A DNA stretch of 64,000 bases from Phycisphaerales bacterium (lineage in GTDB: Bacteria > Planctomycetota > Phycisphaerae > Sedimentisphaerales > UBA12454), in the NCBI GenBank assembly GCA_003142595.1, contig PLMU01000008.1:57-64056 (forward strand), read 5' to 3'. Made by a program: the position numbers and the translations under genes. This document shows, piece by piece, positions 39,146 through 49,279 of this stretch; position 1 is the first letter of the stretch, and the number at the start of each line of letters is the position of its first letter. The notes beneath the pieces were generated by a model that was given only the letters and a program-made list of their open reading frames with translations, made no database searches and was not told where the DNA came from.

Positions 39146-40033
39146 TTAACTTTTAATTTTTGTTGTCATTGCTTTAATGTGATTTGGCGTAGTTCCGCAG
39201 CAACCGCCGACCAGCACCGCCCCTGCTTTATGAATCTTCGCCAGCCAGTCGCCAAAATCCTTATCGGAAAGTTTATATACCGCTTTTCCGTCAATAAGTT
39301 CCGGCTTCCCGCCATTGGGCTTTGCCAAAAGCGCGATTTTCTTGCCTGCTAATAATTTCGCGAATTTTTCAGCCAATTGCAAATATTGTTCCATTTTCAA
39401 AGTGCCGCAGTTAAACCCCAGCGCATCAACTCCCAGCGCAGAAAATTCGTTCACAGCCATTTCGACGCTTGCTCCCATCATCGTCCTGAAATCGCTGCCT
39501 GCCTGGTCGAACGCCAAAGACACAAACACCGGCAAATTGCATACCGATTTCACAGCCTCTGTCGCAACCTTCGCTTCGTCAACTGCCATAAAGGTTTCGA
39601 TTGCAAAACCATCCACGCCTGCGCCGCAAAGCGCCTTTGCCTGCCTTGCAAATGCAGCTTTAAGTTTTTCCGGCTCAAGAGTCCCCAAAGGCTTCAAAAA
39701 TTCTCCGCAAGGCCCTATATCGCCTATAACATATCTATCGCCCGCCACTTTTTTCGCGATTTTTACCGCCGCCGCATTAATTTGTTCGGCCTTATCGGCA
39801 AGATTATGACGAGCCAGTGTAATTTCATTTGCGCCGAACGTATTTGTATAAACGCCGTCGCTGCCGGCATCGAAATAACTGTGGTGAATATCCGTTACAA
39901 TCTGCGGCGATTCGATATTGAGCATCTCGTTACAGCCCGACTCAATGCCGCGAGCCATTAACTGCGTTCCCATTGCGCCATCGAGGAATAATAGCCCTTC
40001 GGATATTTTTTGTTTAAGAGTTTTTTTCGCCAT
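39146..40033 (-). CDS. homocysteine S-methyltransferase domain protein (stand-alone Hcy-binding domain)
   Basis: LFLDGAMGTQL, LGFNCGT and GGCCGTTPNHI (zinc-binding Cys triad of the Pfam S-methyl_trans family). Confidence 0.8.
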   Translation of the reverse strand: MAKKTLKQKISEGLLFLDGAMGTQLMARGIESGCNEMLNIESPQIVTDIHHSYFDAGSDGVYTNTFGANEITLARHNLADKAEQINAAAVKIAKKVAGDRYVIGDIGPCGEFLKPLGTLEPEKLKAAFARQAKALCGAGVDGFAIETFMAVDEAKVATEAVKSVCNLPVFVSLAFDQAGSDFRTMMGASVEMAVNEFSALGVDALGFNCGTLKMEQYLQLAEKFAKLLAGKKIALLAKPNGGKPELIDGKAVYKLSDKDFGDWLAKIHKAGAVLVGGCCGTTPNHIKAMTTKIKS

Positions 40034-40848
40034 TATTTTGTCTCCTTTTTTATATCATTTAAGTCCGGCGGAGTAAACAATGCTTTCACCTGTTGTAACT
40101 GCTCGTTCCAGACTTGCACAGAATCAAGTTTTATCTGCATCAGGTGCTGGCCTTTTTCCTGCCCTTCAGAATATTTGTAAACAAGTTTTCGCGGAAACAA
40201 TAGTCCTTTAGCGCCGCTAACTTCTTTATATTCATCCGGCTCAACAGCAAGAAGGACATTTCCCGGGCAATTTAAATATTCTATTTTTTTCACGAACTTG
40301 CTGCATCGGTCTATAAATATTTTTTTCGTCCTGCAGTTTTTGCTGTCCCGGCACATCAATATATTAAATTTATTATCCGATTCCGCCAAATATATTTTGT
40401 CGCAGTCTCCGCCGGCCGGGGCCAGGAAATCAACCAATACCGCAGGGTTGGAAAAATAGTCTTCGCTGGCCGCGTTAACTTTCCCTGCTGCATACGTCCC
40501 GAAAGGCTTTGCGTAAGTCCAGTATTGGCCATCTGTTACAACAAAACTTATCCCTTTGGGGTCGAACATTACATCGCCGTAAAGGCAGAATTTATTGCTG
40601 CTTTCAAACCAGATTCTCACCGGAAAAGATTGCGAGAAGGTCTCTTTTTTTTCATTTGTGTAACTCAGTGTGCAGTTGCCTGTCGCTTTGATCGGTTTTA
40701 GTCTGCTCGAATAGCCTGCCAATACAGCCGTCGCTTCTGCTGATGTTGTTATTGGCGGGCAGCTTCGTTTTTGCGACACACAGCCGCCCAGCAATAAAAA
40801 CAAAAATAAAAATAAAAAAACTTCGTGTCTTAGTGTCTTAGTGGCCAT
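40033..40848 (-). CDS. lipoprotein of unknown function (LolB/DUF4292-like fold possible)
   Basis: Lipobox LLLGGC. No other motif recognised. Translationally coupled on both sides. Confidence 0.5.
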   Translation of the reverse strand: MATKTLRHEVFLFLFLFLLLGGCVSQKRSCPPITTSAEATAVLAGYSSRLKPIKATGNCTLSYTNEKKETFSQSFPVRIWFESSNKFCLYGDVMFDPKGISFVVTDGQYWTYAKPFGTYAAGKVNAASEDYFSNPAVLVDFLAPAGGDCDKIYLAESDNKFNILMCRDSKNCRTKKIFIDRCSKFVKKIEYLNCPGNVLLAVEPDEYKEVSGAKGLLFPRKLVYKYSEGQEKGQHLMQIKLDSVQVWNEQLQQVKALFTPPDLNDIKKETK

Positions 40849-41335
40849 CGAATTCCATTTGCAATATTTGTCCGAGCTGGTCGGATAATTGTTCTATCTT
40901 ATCCTCTTTAAGATGCGGATTTATTACATCTGCTGTTTCGTCTCTGCCGGTAATTTTGACTGTCCATATTTCTTTGCCGTCGGCAACCTTTGAGGAGTCG
41001 TATTTGACAATTCGTTTTCGCATCAGCACAAGCATCAGGACAAAGCGGAAATTTACTTTTTCCTCGTCTGTTTCGGTTGCAAGTCTCTCGAAGAACGCCA
41101 TCAGCATATTATCGTCTATAAATATTTTTTTCTTCTGGTCCGACTTTGGCATTACGCTTTTCCAGTAGCAGTAAACCGCCGGCTTGTTTTCAGTCCAGTA
41201 TTGGCTGCAGTAGTCTCTGCGTTCGAATTTGCCGCCGGCTTCGACGAGCGTAGCGATATATTCCTCGCCCGGCTCGATAACTCTGCCTGCGCCTGCACAT
41301 GTGCCTAACGGTTTGTGTATTTCCCAGTCTGCCAT
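40838..41335 (-). CDS. hypothetical protein
   Basis: 165-aa ORF in an operon, overlapping the next gene by 11 nt. No recognisable motif. Confidence 0.5.
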   Translation of the reverse strand: MADWEIHKPLGTCAGAGRVIEPGEEYIATLVEAGGKFERRDYCSQYWTENKPAVYCYWKSVMPKSDQKKKIFIDDNMLMAFFERLATETDEEKVNFRFVLMLVLMRKRIVKYDSSKVADGKEIWTVKITGRDETADVINPHLKEDKIEQLSDQLGQILQMEFDGH

Positions 41336-41344
41336 TTATTTTAC

Positions 41345-41677
41345 CTATTCAAAATCCAGCCATTGTTTTATTTTTTCAGCGGTTTTTTCTCCGATACCTT
41401 TAACTTTGTCAAGGTCGCCGCTGTTTTTGAAGGCTTTTTCTTTTCCCTGCCGGTATTCTGTTATTGCCTCTGCTTTTGCAGGTCCCAGACTCGGCAGTTC
41501 CGCAAGTTCATAGACAGATGCCGTATTTGGGTTTAGTCTGCTGTCTAATTGTGCGAAAGTCGTTTGGCCGCGATGCCGTAAAACACCAAGAGCGAAGCAA
41601 AGATTTAAAATCAGACCTGCAAAAAATACCGCCGCCAAAGCCCCGCCATCCTGTCGTTTTTCTTTATTAATATCCAT
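41345..41677 (-). CDS. ComEA-like helix-hairpin-helix DNA-binding protein
   Basis: N-terminal TM anchor, LNPNTASVYELAELPSLGPAKAEAI and VKGIGEKTAEKI (two HhH motifs). Confidence 0.75.
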   Translation of the reverse strand: MDINKEKRQDGGALAAVFFAGLILNLCFALGVLRHRGQTTFAQLDSRLNPNTASVYELAELPSLGPAKAEAITEYRQGKEKAFKNSGDLDKVKGIGEKTAEKIKQWLDFE

Positions 41678-41701
41678 ATTATTAATTTAAGCTGACAGCT
41701 G

Positions 41702-43183
41702 TCAGCCTTTCTGTAATATTCGCTGCTGCAGCTTTTCAAGCGTCGTAAACGCTTTTTTAGGTTCAAGGTCATCGGTCAAAAGTCCCGCCCCGGCAATTGT
41801 CTTATCACCGTTATCGGCAAGAGTCGCAAACGTTATGGTATTTACGAACGGTTTGCTGAACGCGATTTTGCAGAATTCATCAATCCATTTTGCCTGTATT
41901 GTCTGGTCCCACGGTTTATGCCAGATACCGCCCGAAATAGATTCATTTTCATTAGCACCGCTTCCGTCCGGCACCGCCACAGACGTTATATGCACCGGTT
42001 TTGGAATCTGCATAAATCGGTCGAGCATCGCTGATATCTGCATCATATCGCGAACATGCATATCCGTCTGGTCTTTGCCGAAAATAAATTCCACGCCGAT
42101 CGCGTCATAATCCATTCCCGCCTGTGTTACCATATCTAAATAAACCAGTGGCGGTATCGTTTCCGGGTCATAAGCGTAATATTCGCCCCACGGGCAGGCA
42201 ATATCTATCATTTTGATAGTTCTGCTGTCGGCTTCTCTTGCCGCAAGGCACGCCGTGCGGGTAATTTCAAGAATACGTTCGAAACTGAATCTGAAATGAT
42301 TATACGCGTTTACGCCGCTTATCACTTCCCAAATATGAACATATTTCGCGTATCTGGCTACAATCTTCGAAACATAGTCATAGCTCGCCTCACGGATTAT
42401 TTCAAAGTCATAATCACCTTTCAGCAGCCACTCGGGCACAGTGTCGGGACCAAAATTAAGCAGAGGCCCGGCGTTGAGAAGCAATCTTTTTTTCCCAAGA
42501 ACCTCCATACAATGGTCAAGTTCTGTGAAATCATATTCTCCTTTTTCTTTTTCGATTTTCGCCCAGTTTATCGGCAAAGCTATATGCGCGAATAATTCCA
42601 TTGCCTCATCGAGATAACCTTTTTCATCGATTCGCGCTGGGTCGATTCGGCACCCCAGGCTCGAACGCGCAAAACCTCTATTTTGCAGCCTCGCCGCGAA
42701 AAACATCTCCGCATGTCTGCCGGCAAGCTGCTCTGCGAAAAGCAGTGTCTTCAAAAGACATTTATCCGCTATCATCGACGCCTTTGCGGGGCTGTTGATA
42801 TTTTCGAGCATTTCTATATAAAGACCCTGAACTTCCTGAGCCTCGTAATCCAAATGACCTGTCTGCTCGAAAATCGCCCAGTCCTCTCGTTTGGTAATAA
42901 TCTCCATCATTTTGCCGCGAGTCAGTTCAACGTTAAGTATATATGGCTGCTCTCGTTCCGGCAGCCGCGTCGTGTAAAGCATCACAGCGCCGAACTTTTC
43001 AACAGGCCAAAGCAGATTCAGCCCTGCCGGCTCGCCGGCTCTTGTTTTGCAGTCAATAATTCCGTTTTTAAAGGTTATATATTTCGAGCCGCGGAACGGT
43101 ATCTTGTCGGCACCGAATAATGTAACACCAACTAAATCAAAATTTTTGACTGTTTTGCCGTCTTTAAATACCTGAAATTGCAC
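41702..43183 (-). CDS. putative TIM-barrel glycoside hydrolase (GH10-like region)
   Basis: INWAKIEKEKGEYDFTELD and HIWEVISGVN resemble GH10-type strand 2/4 motifs. GTG start. The family call is weak. Confidence 0.45.
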   Translation of the reverse strand: MQFQVFKDGKTVKNFDLVGVTLFGADKIPFRGSKYITFKNGIIDCKTRAGEPAGLNLLWPVEKFGAVMLYTTRLPEREQPYILNVELTRGKMMEIITKREDWAIFEQTGHLDYEAQEVQGLYIEMLENINSPAKASMIADKCLLKTLLFAEQLAGRHAEMFFAARLQNRGFARSSLGCRIDPARIDEKGYLDEAMELFAHIALPINWAKIEKEKGEYDFTELDHCMEVLGKKRLLLNAGPLLNFGPDTVPEWLLKGDYDFEIIREASYDYVSKIVARYAKYVHIWEVISGVNAYNHFRFSFERILEITRTACLAAREADSRTIKMIDIACPWGEYYAYDPETIPPLVYLDMVTQAGMDYDAIGVEFIFGKDQTDMHVRDMMQISAMLDRFMQIPKPVHITSVAVPDGSGANENESISGGIWHKPWDQTIQAKWIDEFCKIAFSKPFVNTITFATLADNGDKTIAGAGLLTDDLEPKKAFTTLEKLQQRILQKG

Positions 43184-43231
43184 GTTCTGACCTTAAAATA
43201 AATAATTATGCTGAAAATCCAATAAAGGTGG

Positions 43232-43259
43232 GATTATAACAATTAAGGCGATAATTGCA
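43232..43259 (-). promoter_or_regulatory. candidate sigma70-type promoter (TTGCAA-N16-TATAAT) for the glycosidase gene
   Basis: Read on the minus strand: -35 at 43259..43254 and -10 at 43237..43232, about 45 nt upstream of the GTG at 43183. Confidence 0.3.
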
Positions 43260-43336
43260 ATAAATCTTTCCGGAGACTATTGTTGTGTTTGTGAAATGCT
43301 GTTGCCTGATGCCGTCTATTGGCCGCCTTTGGCCGA

Positions 43337-43801
43337 TTAATTCAAAGCCGCTTCTGTGAGAAGCTGGAAATCGAAAGGTGTCCCTGTCAGCGATGATTCC
43401 ATATTGCGGCCAACCTCCCGAGCGAGCAGCAAAATTTGACTCAATATTACTTCTATAAAATCCATACTGGCTGACGCCTTTTCTGGGCCGTAGCCGGGCA
43501 GAATCATTATAACGAAACCATTATTATCTTCGTCGATTAAAAGTGCCGAGCCTGCCACAAGATAATCGCCGATATACGCCATTGTCGGCTCATCGCCGTC
43601 ATTAATCCTCTGGCAGAGACTATCCAGCAGTTTTTGATTTGAAAAAACTTCAGCGACAACCTGTGGTCTGCTTGTTATGCAATGACCCTCTTTTGAAATC
43701 AGGGCGAAAGTAATATCTGTATTCTCGAAACTTTCGAATACCAGTTGTGCCGTTTGATTAAGAACTCCCCTGTGATTCGATATAACGCTGATATTTTCCA
43801 T
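43337..43801 (-). CDS. hypothetical protein
   Basis: ATG at 43801 is preceded by GAGAGG at about 6 nt; the track ORF starts at a TTG at 43840. No motif recognised. Confidence 0.5.
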   Translation of the reverse strand: MENISVISNHRGVLNQTAQLVFESFENTDITFALISKEGHCITSRPQVVAEVFSNQKLLDSLCQRINDGDEPTMAYIGDYLVAGSALLIDEDNNGFVIMILPGYGPEKASASMDFIEVILSQILLLAREVGRNMESSLTGTPFDFQLLTEAALN

Positions 43802-43934
43802 ATAAGACCTCTCATTAAGCTTATATGGTATTTTCGACAAATACGCGCGGGCGTTTAATCAAAAATCAGGAAAACTAATGCAAAATAAACAGTTATAGGA
43901 CTTCCGCAGGCGGACGAGGCGGGCTTTTCACACT

Positions 43935-44531
43935 TTATATCAAATCGCACGCTTCTGGCGGCATCCAATGCTGGTCTTTGCCTTCCCATTTTACATTACA
44001 GCCTATCGGGTTAGTTTCCTGTATAGTAATCCTTTCCCCGCCGAGCAATTCCTCAAGAGCATTTTCAAGGTCATTTACAGTCATCTTGCTTATATCGCGC
44101 GGACTATCGACACCCCGGCCGGTATAAACAAGTTTTCTCTTTTCATCGAAGACAAAAAAGTGCGGCGTCCTAAGCGCCCCGTATGCTCGCGCAACCTCCT
44201 GCGTATCGTCATAAAGATACACCCAGGGGAATTTATATTGTTCCATCCGTTTGACCATATTTTCAAATGAATCTTCCTCGTATGTATGTCTGCTGTTTGA
44301 ATTTATGCCGACGAATTTTACGCTTTGTGCCGCGAATTTCTCTGCCGTCTTGCGAGTTACTTCATCGGAGCCGATTACGTATGGACAGTGATTACAGGTA
44401 AAAAATATGACCAGAACTTTCGACCTGTCAAAATCCTTCAGCGAATAAACCTTGCCATCGGTAGCTTTAAGCGAAAACCCCTTAGCCTTCGAACCAATCG
44501 ATAATGTAAAACCCGTATTTTGTCCTTTCAA
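43935..44531 (-). CDS. thioredoxin-fold (TlpA/redoxin-like) protein
   Basis: [14 protein letters not shown] CxxC motif in an AhpC/TSA-like context, 198 aa. Confidence 0.75.
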   Translation of the reverse strand: MKGQNTGFTLSIGSKAKGFSLKATDGKVYSLKDFDRSKVLVIFFTCNHCPYVIGSDEVTRKTAEKFAAQSVKFVGINSNSRHTYEEDSFENMVKRMEQYKFPWVYLYDDTQEVARAYGALRTPHFFVFDEKRKLVYTGRGVDSPRDISKMTVNDLENALEELLGGERITIQETNPIGCNVKWEGKDQHWMPPEACDLI

Positions 44532-44673
44532 TAATCCAAAATAATCTACCCCCTAATTCCAAATCGGCAATCTAAAACTTGCCCGCCTCTGGCGTGACTT
44601 GTCCTCCCCTGTCTGCTCTAAGCCTGCCAAAAGGTTCACCTGTTCACTTTTCTTATTTTCCTTTACATCCATA

Positions 44674-44703
44674 TTGACAAGACCTTATATAATATCGTAG
44701 AAT
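44674..44703 (+). promoter_or_regulatory. candidate promoter TTGACA-N18-TAGAAT upstream of pilT
   Basis: Read directly in the sequence, about 105 nt upstream of the pilT ATG. Confidence 0.3.
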
Positions 44704-44809
44704 AGCCTTTTTCAAATCAGCCTGAGCCTTTGCGGCAGGTTTTAGCCCGCAGTAAATGGTCATTATAACCATTTTATCTATAATGGGTTATAATCCGGAG
44801 TATGATAAT

Positions 44810-45949
44810 ATGCCCGACAAAAAGCAACCGATTGACAGTCATGTTCATTTAGAAGTTGAGCCTGAGATTAACAGGTATTTTAAAGTTGCGATTAAATCGC
44901 AGGCCAGGGATTTGCATCTTAAAGCTGGTCAGCCGCCTAAGTTACGTATGGGCGATACCATAAAAAACACAAATGCCGAGCCTCTCGACGACAAAAAAAT
45001 CGAGCAATTAGTCTTTGAAATTCTCACTGAGAAGCAAAAACAATTTTTTATCGAAAACGGCTCATTGGATTTCGCTTACGAAGTCGGCGCAACAGACAGA
45101 TTTAGAGTAAACATATTCAAGCAAAGAACCAAAATGAGTCTTGCGGCAAGAAGAATAACTTCCACAATTAAGCCATTTGAAGAACTTCATCTTCCGCCGA
45201 CCGTGCAGAAAATCGCTGAGACAACGTATGAAGGTCTTGTTCTTGTTACCGGCCCAACAGGCTGCGGCAAAAGTATGACAATTGCCTCGATGATTGACTT
45301 CATCAACCGCACACGTTCCTGCCATATCTTAACTATAGAAGACCCGCTTGAATTTATTTACACCGACAAAAAAGCTATCGTCTCACAAAGAGAAATCGGC
45401 ATTGATGTGCATGATTACGCCGATGCGGTTAAATCTCTGATGAGGCAGGACCCTGATGTTGTGCTCATAGGCGAATTGAAAGACCAGCAAACTGTTCTGG
45501 GAGCGATGAGAGCGGCTGAGACGGGACATCTGGTTTTCGGAACCCTGCACGCCGGAAACGCATCGCAGACGGTCCAAAGAATCCTAGATATGTTCCCTCA
45601 GGGAGAAAGAGAACTTGCAAGACAGACATTTGCGTCATGTATTAAGGCGATTATAAGCCAAATACTTCTGCCGGGTCTGAAAAAGGATATTCCAAGAGTA
45701 CCTGCGGTGGAAATACTTCTGTCCAATCCCATCGCAAAAAAACTAATTGCTGATAAACGCGAAGGCGAGCTTGATTCCGTGATAAGGGCATGCGTAAAAG
45801 AAGGAATGCAGGACTTCACTGAAAGCCTGCGCGTACTTGTAGAAGCAGACTGGATCGACCTGAAAGTTGCTCTCCAGTATGCTCCTAACGTCGACGAACT
45901 GAAAATGGCACTTAAAGGAATAAGGTCAGCTGCAGGCGCTATTCTCTAA
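44810..45949 (+). CDS. pilT: PilT-family type IV pilus retraction ATPase
   Basis: ARDLHLKAGQPPKLR, Walker A GPTGCGKSMT, IEDPLEF, Walker B VLIGELKD, His box FGTLHAGNASQTVQRI. ATG at 44810 lies 9 nt after GGAG. Confidence 0.85.
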   Translation: MPDKKQPIDSHVHLEVEPEINRYFKVAIKSQARDLHLKAGQPPKLRMGDTIKNTNAEPLDDKKIEQLVFEILTEKQKQFFIENGSLDFAYEVGATDRFRVNIFKQRTKMSLAARRITSTIKPFEELHLPPTVQKIAETTYEGLVLVTGPTGCGKSMTIASMIDFINRTRSCHILTIEDPLEFIYTDKKAIVSQREIGIDVHDYADAVKSLMRQDPDVVLIGELKDQQTVLGAMRAAETGHLVFGTLHAGNASQTVQRILDMFPQGERELARQTFASCIKAIISQILLPGLKKDIPRVPAVEILLSNPIAKKLIADKREGELDSVIRACVKEGMQDFTESLRVLVEADWIDLKVALQYAPNVDELKMALKGIRSAAGAIL

Positions 45950-45971
45950 AAAACATTTACCGGAGCGATAA

Positions 45972-47633
45972 ATGCCGACAATTACAGCAACAATACAAAT
46001 GGGTTTTTATATCTCACCTGTCAAGTTGATCTTTTTCATATTAGGTCTTCTTGGCTGGCTGCCCCTGCTCAAATGGATTAACCAGGATGCCGTCAAAGTT
46101 AAAACAAACGTGCAATACTGGACATTGGCTGTTTTTATAGCCGGCGCCGCAGGCCTTGTCGTCTGGCTTATGATTCCACTTTTCATAATCGGCCTACCTA
46201 TGTATATTATTGCCGTAGGCGCAACGGCGATAGTTTATATTATGCACCGAAACAGCCTTGTAACCGAATTTGAAAAAGTGCTTACAAAAGAACACATCAA
46301 AAGCCTTTTTGTTGACGAACAGAAACAGGCCGATAAAATGACAAAAGGTCTTGTTTTTATCACTGCCAATAAAAACAAAGTGCCCGTTCCTATGGTCAAA
46401 ACTCCTGAATTTTCCGGCTATAAAACTTCGCAGGAATTTTTTGACGACGCAATGTCGCGAAGAGCAGAGGACATCTCTCTTTCGCCGGCTGACCAGCAGT
46501 ATAATATCCTGTATGTAATCGACGGTTCTGCTGAAAAACAGCAGCCTCGGAGCAGAGAAGAAATCGAATATTTTATCCGCTATCTGAAAAATCTGTCCGA
46601 CCTCGACATCGAAGAACATCGCAAACCTCAGACAGGCACATTTTCCATTCTGAAGGATGGTAAATCTTATAAATGGGAAGTATCAACAGCCGGGACTTCG
46701 GCCGGCGAACAGGTCAGGCTCAAATTCGTTGCCGAATTTGGTTTCAAAATGCTGCCAGACCTGGGATTAATGCCTGACCAGCTTGAGAAGTTTCAAAACA
46801 TTGCCAATGGGCCGAAAGGTTTGTTTCTTATAACGGGCGCAAAAAAAAGCGGCATAACTACTACATTTTATTCGCTCCTTCGTAATCACGACCCATTTTT
46901 GAATAATATCAACACTCTGGAAAAACACGTGGCAGGAGAAGTTCCAAGCATTACGCAGAATGTATTTTCTCTCAGCGATACCGGAACCACAACTTACGGT
47001 AAAAAGTTCCAATCTATATTGAGAACCGGTCCCGACATTATAGGCGTCGAACACAGCGAAGAAAAAGATGTCGCAAAACTCGCCTGCTCGGTAGCAAAAG
47101 ACGGTAAAATGACCTATGCAACATTTGAAGCTGCCAGCGCAATTGACGCTTTGGCCAAATGGCTTAGCTTCGTTGGAGACAGAAGTCTGGCTATTGATTA
47201 CCTCGTAGGCATAAGCAACCAGAGACTTGTCAGAAAATTATGCGAGCAGTGCCGTCAGCCTTACGAACCTAACAAAGAATTGCTTCGCAAACATAATATT
47301 CCCGCGGACAAAATCAAGGCTTTCTACCGGCCCGGCGAGATACAGCACGACAAGCACAACAAGTCGATTGTATGTCCGCATTGCCAGGGCACAGGTTTCT
47401 TCGGCAGAATGGCTATATTTGAGATGATTATTATCGATGACGAAACAAAGAAACTCCTCAAACAGGCAAAAAGCCTTAATGATATCAGCAGTATATTCAG
47501 ACGGGCAAGAATGCTTTACCTGCAGGAGCAGGCGATAAGAAAGGTTGCTGAAGGAGTAACTTCCATAAACGAAGTTATCCGGACCCTTTCGGGACCCGGC
47601 GAAAACGCAAAAAAACCGCCGGCTAAAAGTTAA
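45972..47633 (+). CDS. membrane-anchored GspE/PilB-like protein with degenerate catalytic motifs (predicted pseudo-ATPase)
   Basis: Three N-terminal TM helices. GspE-like N2 and ATPase core, but Walker A is GAKKSGIT (Lys to Ile), the Asp box is LEKHVA, Walker B is DIIGVEHSEE and the His box is ATFEAAS. The tetracysteine motif CEQC...CPHC is retained. Confidence 0.75.
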   Translation: MPTITATIQMGFYISPVKLIFFILGLLGWLPLLKWINQDAVKVKTNVQYWTLAVFIAGAAGLVVWLMIPLFIIGLPMYIIAVGATAIVYIMHRNSLVTEFEKVLTKEHIKSLFVDEQKQADKMTKGLVFITANKNKVPVPMVKTPEFSGYKTSQEFFDDAMSRRAEDISLSPADQQYNILYVIDGSAEKQQPRSREEIEYFIRYLKNLSDLDIEEHRKPQTGTFSILKDGKSYKWEVSTAGTSAGEQVRLKFVAEFGFKMLPDLGLMPDQLEKFQNIANGPKGLFLITGAKKSGITTTFYSLLRNHDPFLNNINTLEKHVAGEVPSITQNVFSLSDTGTTTYGKKFQSILRTGPDIIGVEHSEEKDVAKLACSVAKDGKMTYATFEAASAIDALAKWLSFVGDRSLAIDYLVGISNQRLVRKLCEQCRQPYEPNKELLRKHNIPADKIKAFYRPGEIQHDKHNKSIVCPHCQGTGFFGRMAIFEMIIIDDETKKLLKQAKSLNDISSIFRRARMLYLQEQAIRKVAEGVTSINEVIRTLSGPGENAKKPPAKS

Positions 47634-47645
47634 AACGGAGAAAAT

Positions 47646-48728
47646 ATGATTGCCGAACTCATTGTTATTATAGTGATACTTGCGACTGTAGGTTTCGCTT
47701 ACCTTAAAGGCTCTGTCGTAAAATCTTCCCTGCTTTTTATTAATGCGATTATCTCCTCAACTGTCGCTTTTTCTTTTTTTGAGACGGCAGGAAGAATAAT
47801 TATCGGCTACGGTTACGGCGGCCAATGGGCTTTAGGCAGCTGCTTTGTCATTATTTTTATCTTTGTTTTAATTATATTAAACGCTCTGACTGATAAATTA
47901 GCGCCGACCGGACTTTATTTCAAGGAATCTACCGGCAAAATTGTCAGGTCTGTTATCGCTGTATTTGCAGGCCTTATCATAGCCGGAGTTATTCTAATAA
48001 CAGCCGCTTTGCTGCCTTTAGGAACAAGCTGGCCTTATGAACGATTCGACCCGCAAAATAAAAAACTCCGCCCGGCAGAGCCAGACAAGGGACTTATTTT
48101 AAGAGCCGATGGTTTTACTGCGGCTTTTGCATCCTGGTTCAGCCGAGGCTCACTATGCTCAAGTAAAAGCCTGGCAGTATTTCATCCCGACTTTTTAAAT
48201 GAAATCTTTTTAAATCGTATCGGACAAGATGAAAGTAATTTGATCGTCGCCGGTCCCGAGGCTGTTAATGTAAAAGCCGCATGGGAGCCCAACAACACGA
48301 CCAAGCTTGTATCCGCCTCCGACAGCCAGCCATTGGGCGCTATGTCTGGAACAAAGACCGTTATCGTTCGAACCGGTTTAAAAGGTGGTTCGATAAAGGC
48401 TGGTGGTGCTCTGACAGAAGATAACAAACTCACCTTTACTTTGGCACAGATAAGACTTTTGTGCAAAGCCGACCGCTCTACTCTCACCGGAAGCAGTCAA
48501 GTTGTATATCCGGTTGGTTTTATCAAAAGTGAAAATATCGTTGACCGTAAAAACCTGATAGAAGAGATTAAATTGTCCACCACGGATTTTTCGGGCGGAG
48601 CGAAATGGTTCGATTTCGTTTTTCAAATCCCAACCGACACGGTTCCCGTACTGCTGGAATTTAAACTTAATGCCGCTGCTGAGGTTGGAAAACTTGCAAG
48701 CGGCAACAAAATCCCCCCGCCGTTATAA
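47646..48728 (+). CDS. CvpA-like 4-TM membrane protein with a C-terminal soluble domain
   Basis: The N-terminal 130 aa have four hydrophobic helices in a CvpA-like arrangement. The C-terminal 230 aa carry no recognisable motif. The start lies 12 nt after the previous stop and has a GGAG SD. Confidence 0.55.
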   Translation: MIAELIVIIVILATVGFAYLKGSVVKSSLLFINAIISSTVAFSFFETAGRIIIGYGYGGQWALGSCFVIIFIFVLIILNALTDKLAPTGLYFKESTGKIVRSVIAVFAGLIIAGVILITAALLPLGTSWPYERFDPQNKKLRPAEPDKGLILRADGFTAAFASWFSRGSLCSSKSLAVFHPDFLNEIFLNRIGQDESNLIVAGPEAVNVKAAWEPNNTTKLVSASDSQPLGAMSGTKTVIVRTGLKGGSIKAGGALTEDNKLTFTLAQIRLLCKADRSTLTGSSQVVYPVGFIKSENIVDRKNLIEEIKLSTTDFSGGAKWFDFVFQIPTDTVPVLLEFKLNAAAEVGKLASGNKIPPPL

Positions 48729-48807
48729 ATTTCGCACTGATTAAGTATAAGGATTGCAATTAGTTAAGAGAGGATTTGTATATTTAATACTTCCGCCGAC
48801 CTGCTTT

Positions 48808-48960
48808 TTAAGCTTCTACAAGCTGCATCTCCCGGGTGTCTGCTTCCATAAGATTGTCAAGGTATTTACTCAAATCCGATACTGAAAAATGAGCAAGAAA
48901 CTCAGGTTTGGCACTTTTGTTAATCTGGCAGATAAAATCAATTATTTCCCGCTTACTCAT
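48808..48960 (-). CDS. small hypothetical protein (50 aa)
   Basis: ATG at 48960 lies 8 nt after GGAG; the track ORF extends to 49014. No motif recognised. Confidence 0.35.
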   Translation of the reverse strand: MSKREIIDFICQINKSAKPEFLAHFSVSDLSKYLDNLMEADTREMQLVEA

Positions 48961-49279
48961 TTTTAAATCTCCAAAAGTAAAACCGTTATATTGATAGTTA
49001 AGATATCGGAACAACAGACAACTTTTCTTTAAGCCCTTTTTGGGGCGGTTTTAACGACCCATAACAGATCTGGAGACGGCTACTATATATCGGCTATGGG
49101 TATAAATTTTTACATTATATAGTTGCACTTTCCGGCACTGTTTGTATTATAGATATGTGTCCTATAAAAAGGGCTTCGGCGGGCAACAGGGCTTCATAAG
49201 TTTTTTGCAATTATTTTTGAATTTCATTTTATTTTTACCGCCTTCCGAACATCTGGATTTTTTTGACGCAAGTGTTTTT

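Noticed and set aside
39146-40033. Stand-alone homocysteine-binding domain as a fragment of a split or truncated MetH
   Set aside because: The zinc-binding cysteines and domain boundaries are intact, and stand-alone homocysteine S-methyltransferases (MmuM/YagD type) are common. Nothing indicates truncation.
49142-49279. N-terminal 46-aa extension of the radical SAM ORF (MYYRYVSYKKGFGG...)
   Set aside because: The stretch is low-complexity and AT-rich with no SD. The family-typical N-terminus begins at the internal Met at 49280, shortly before the CX3CX2C motif.
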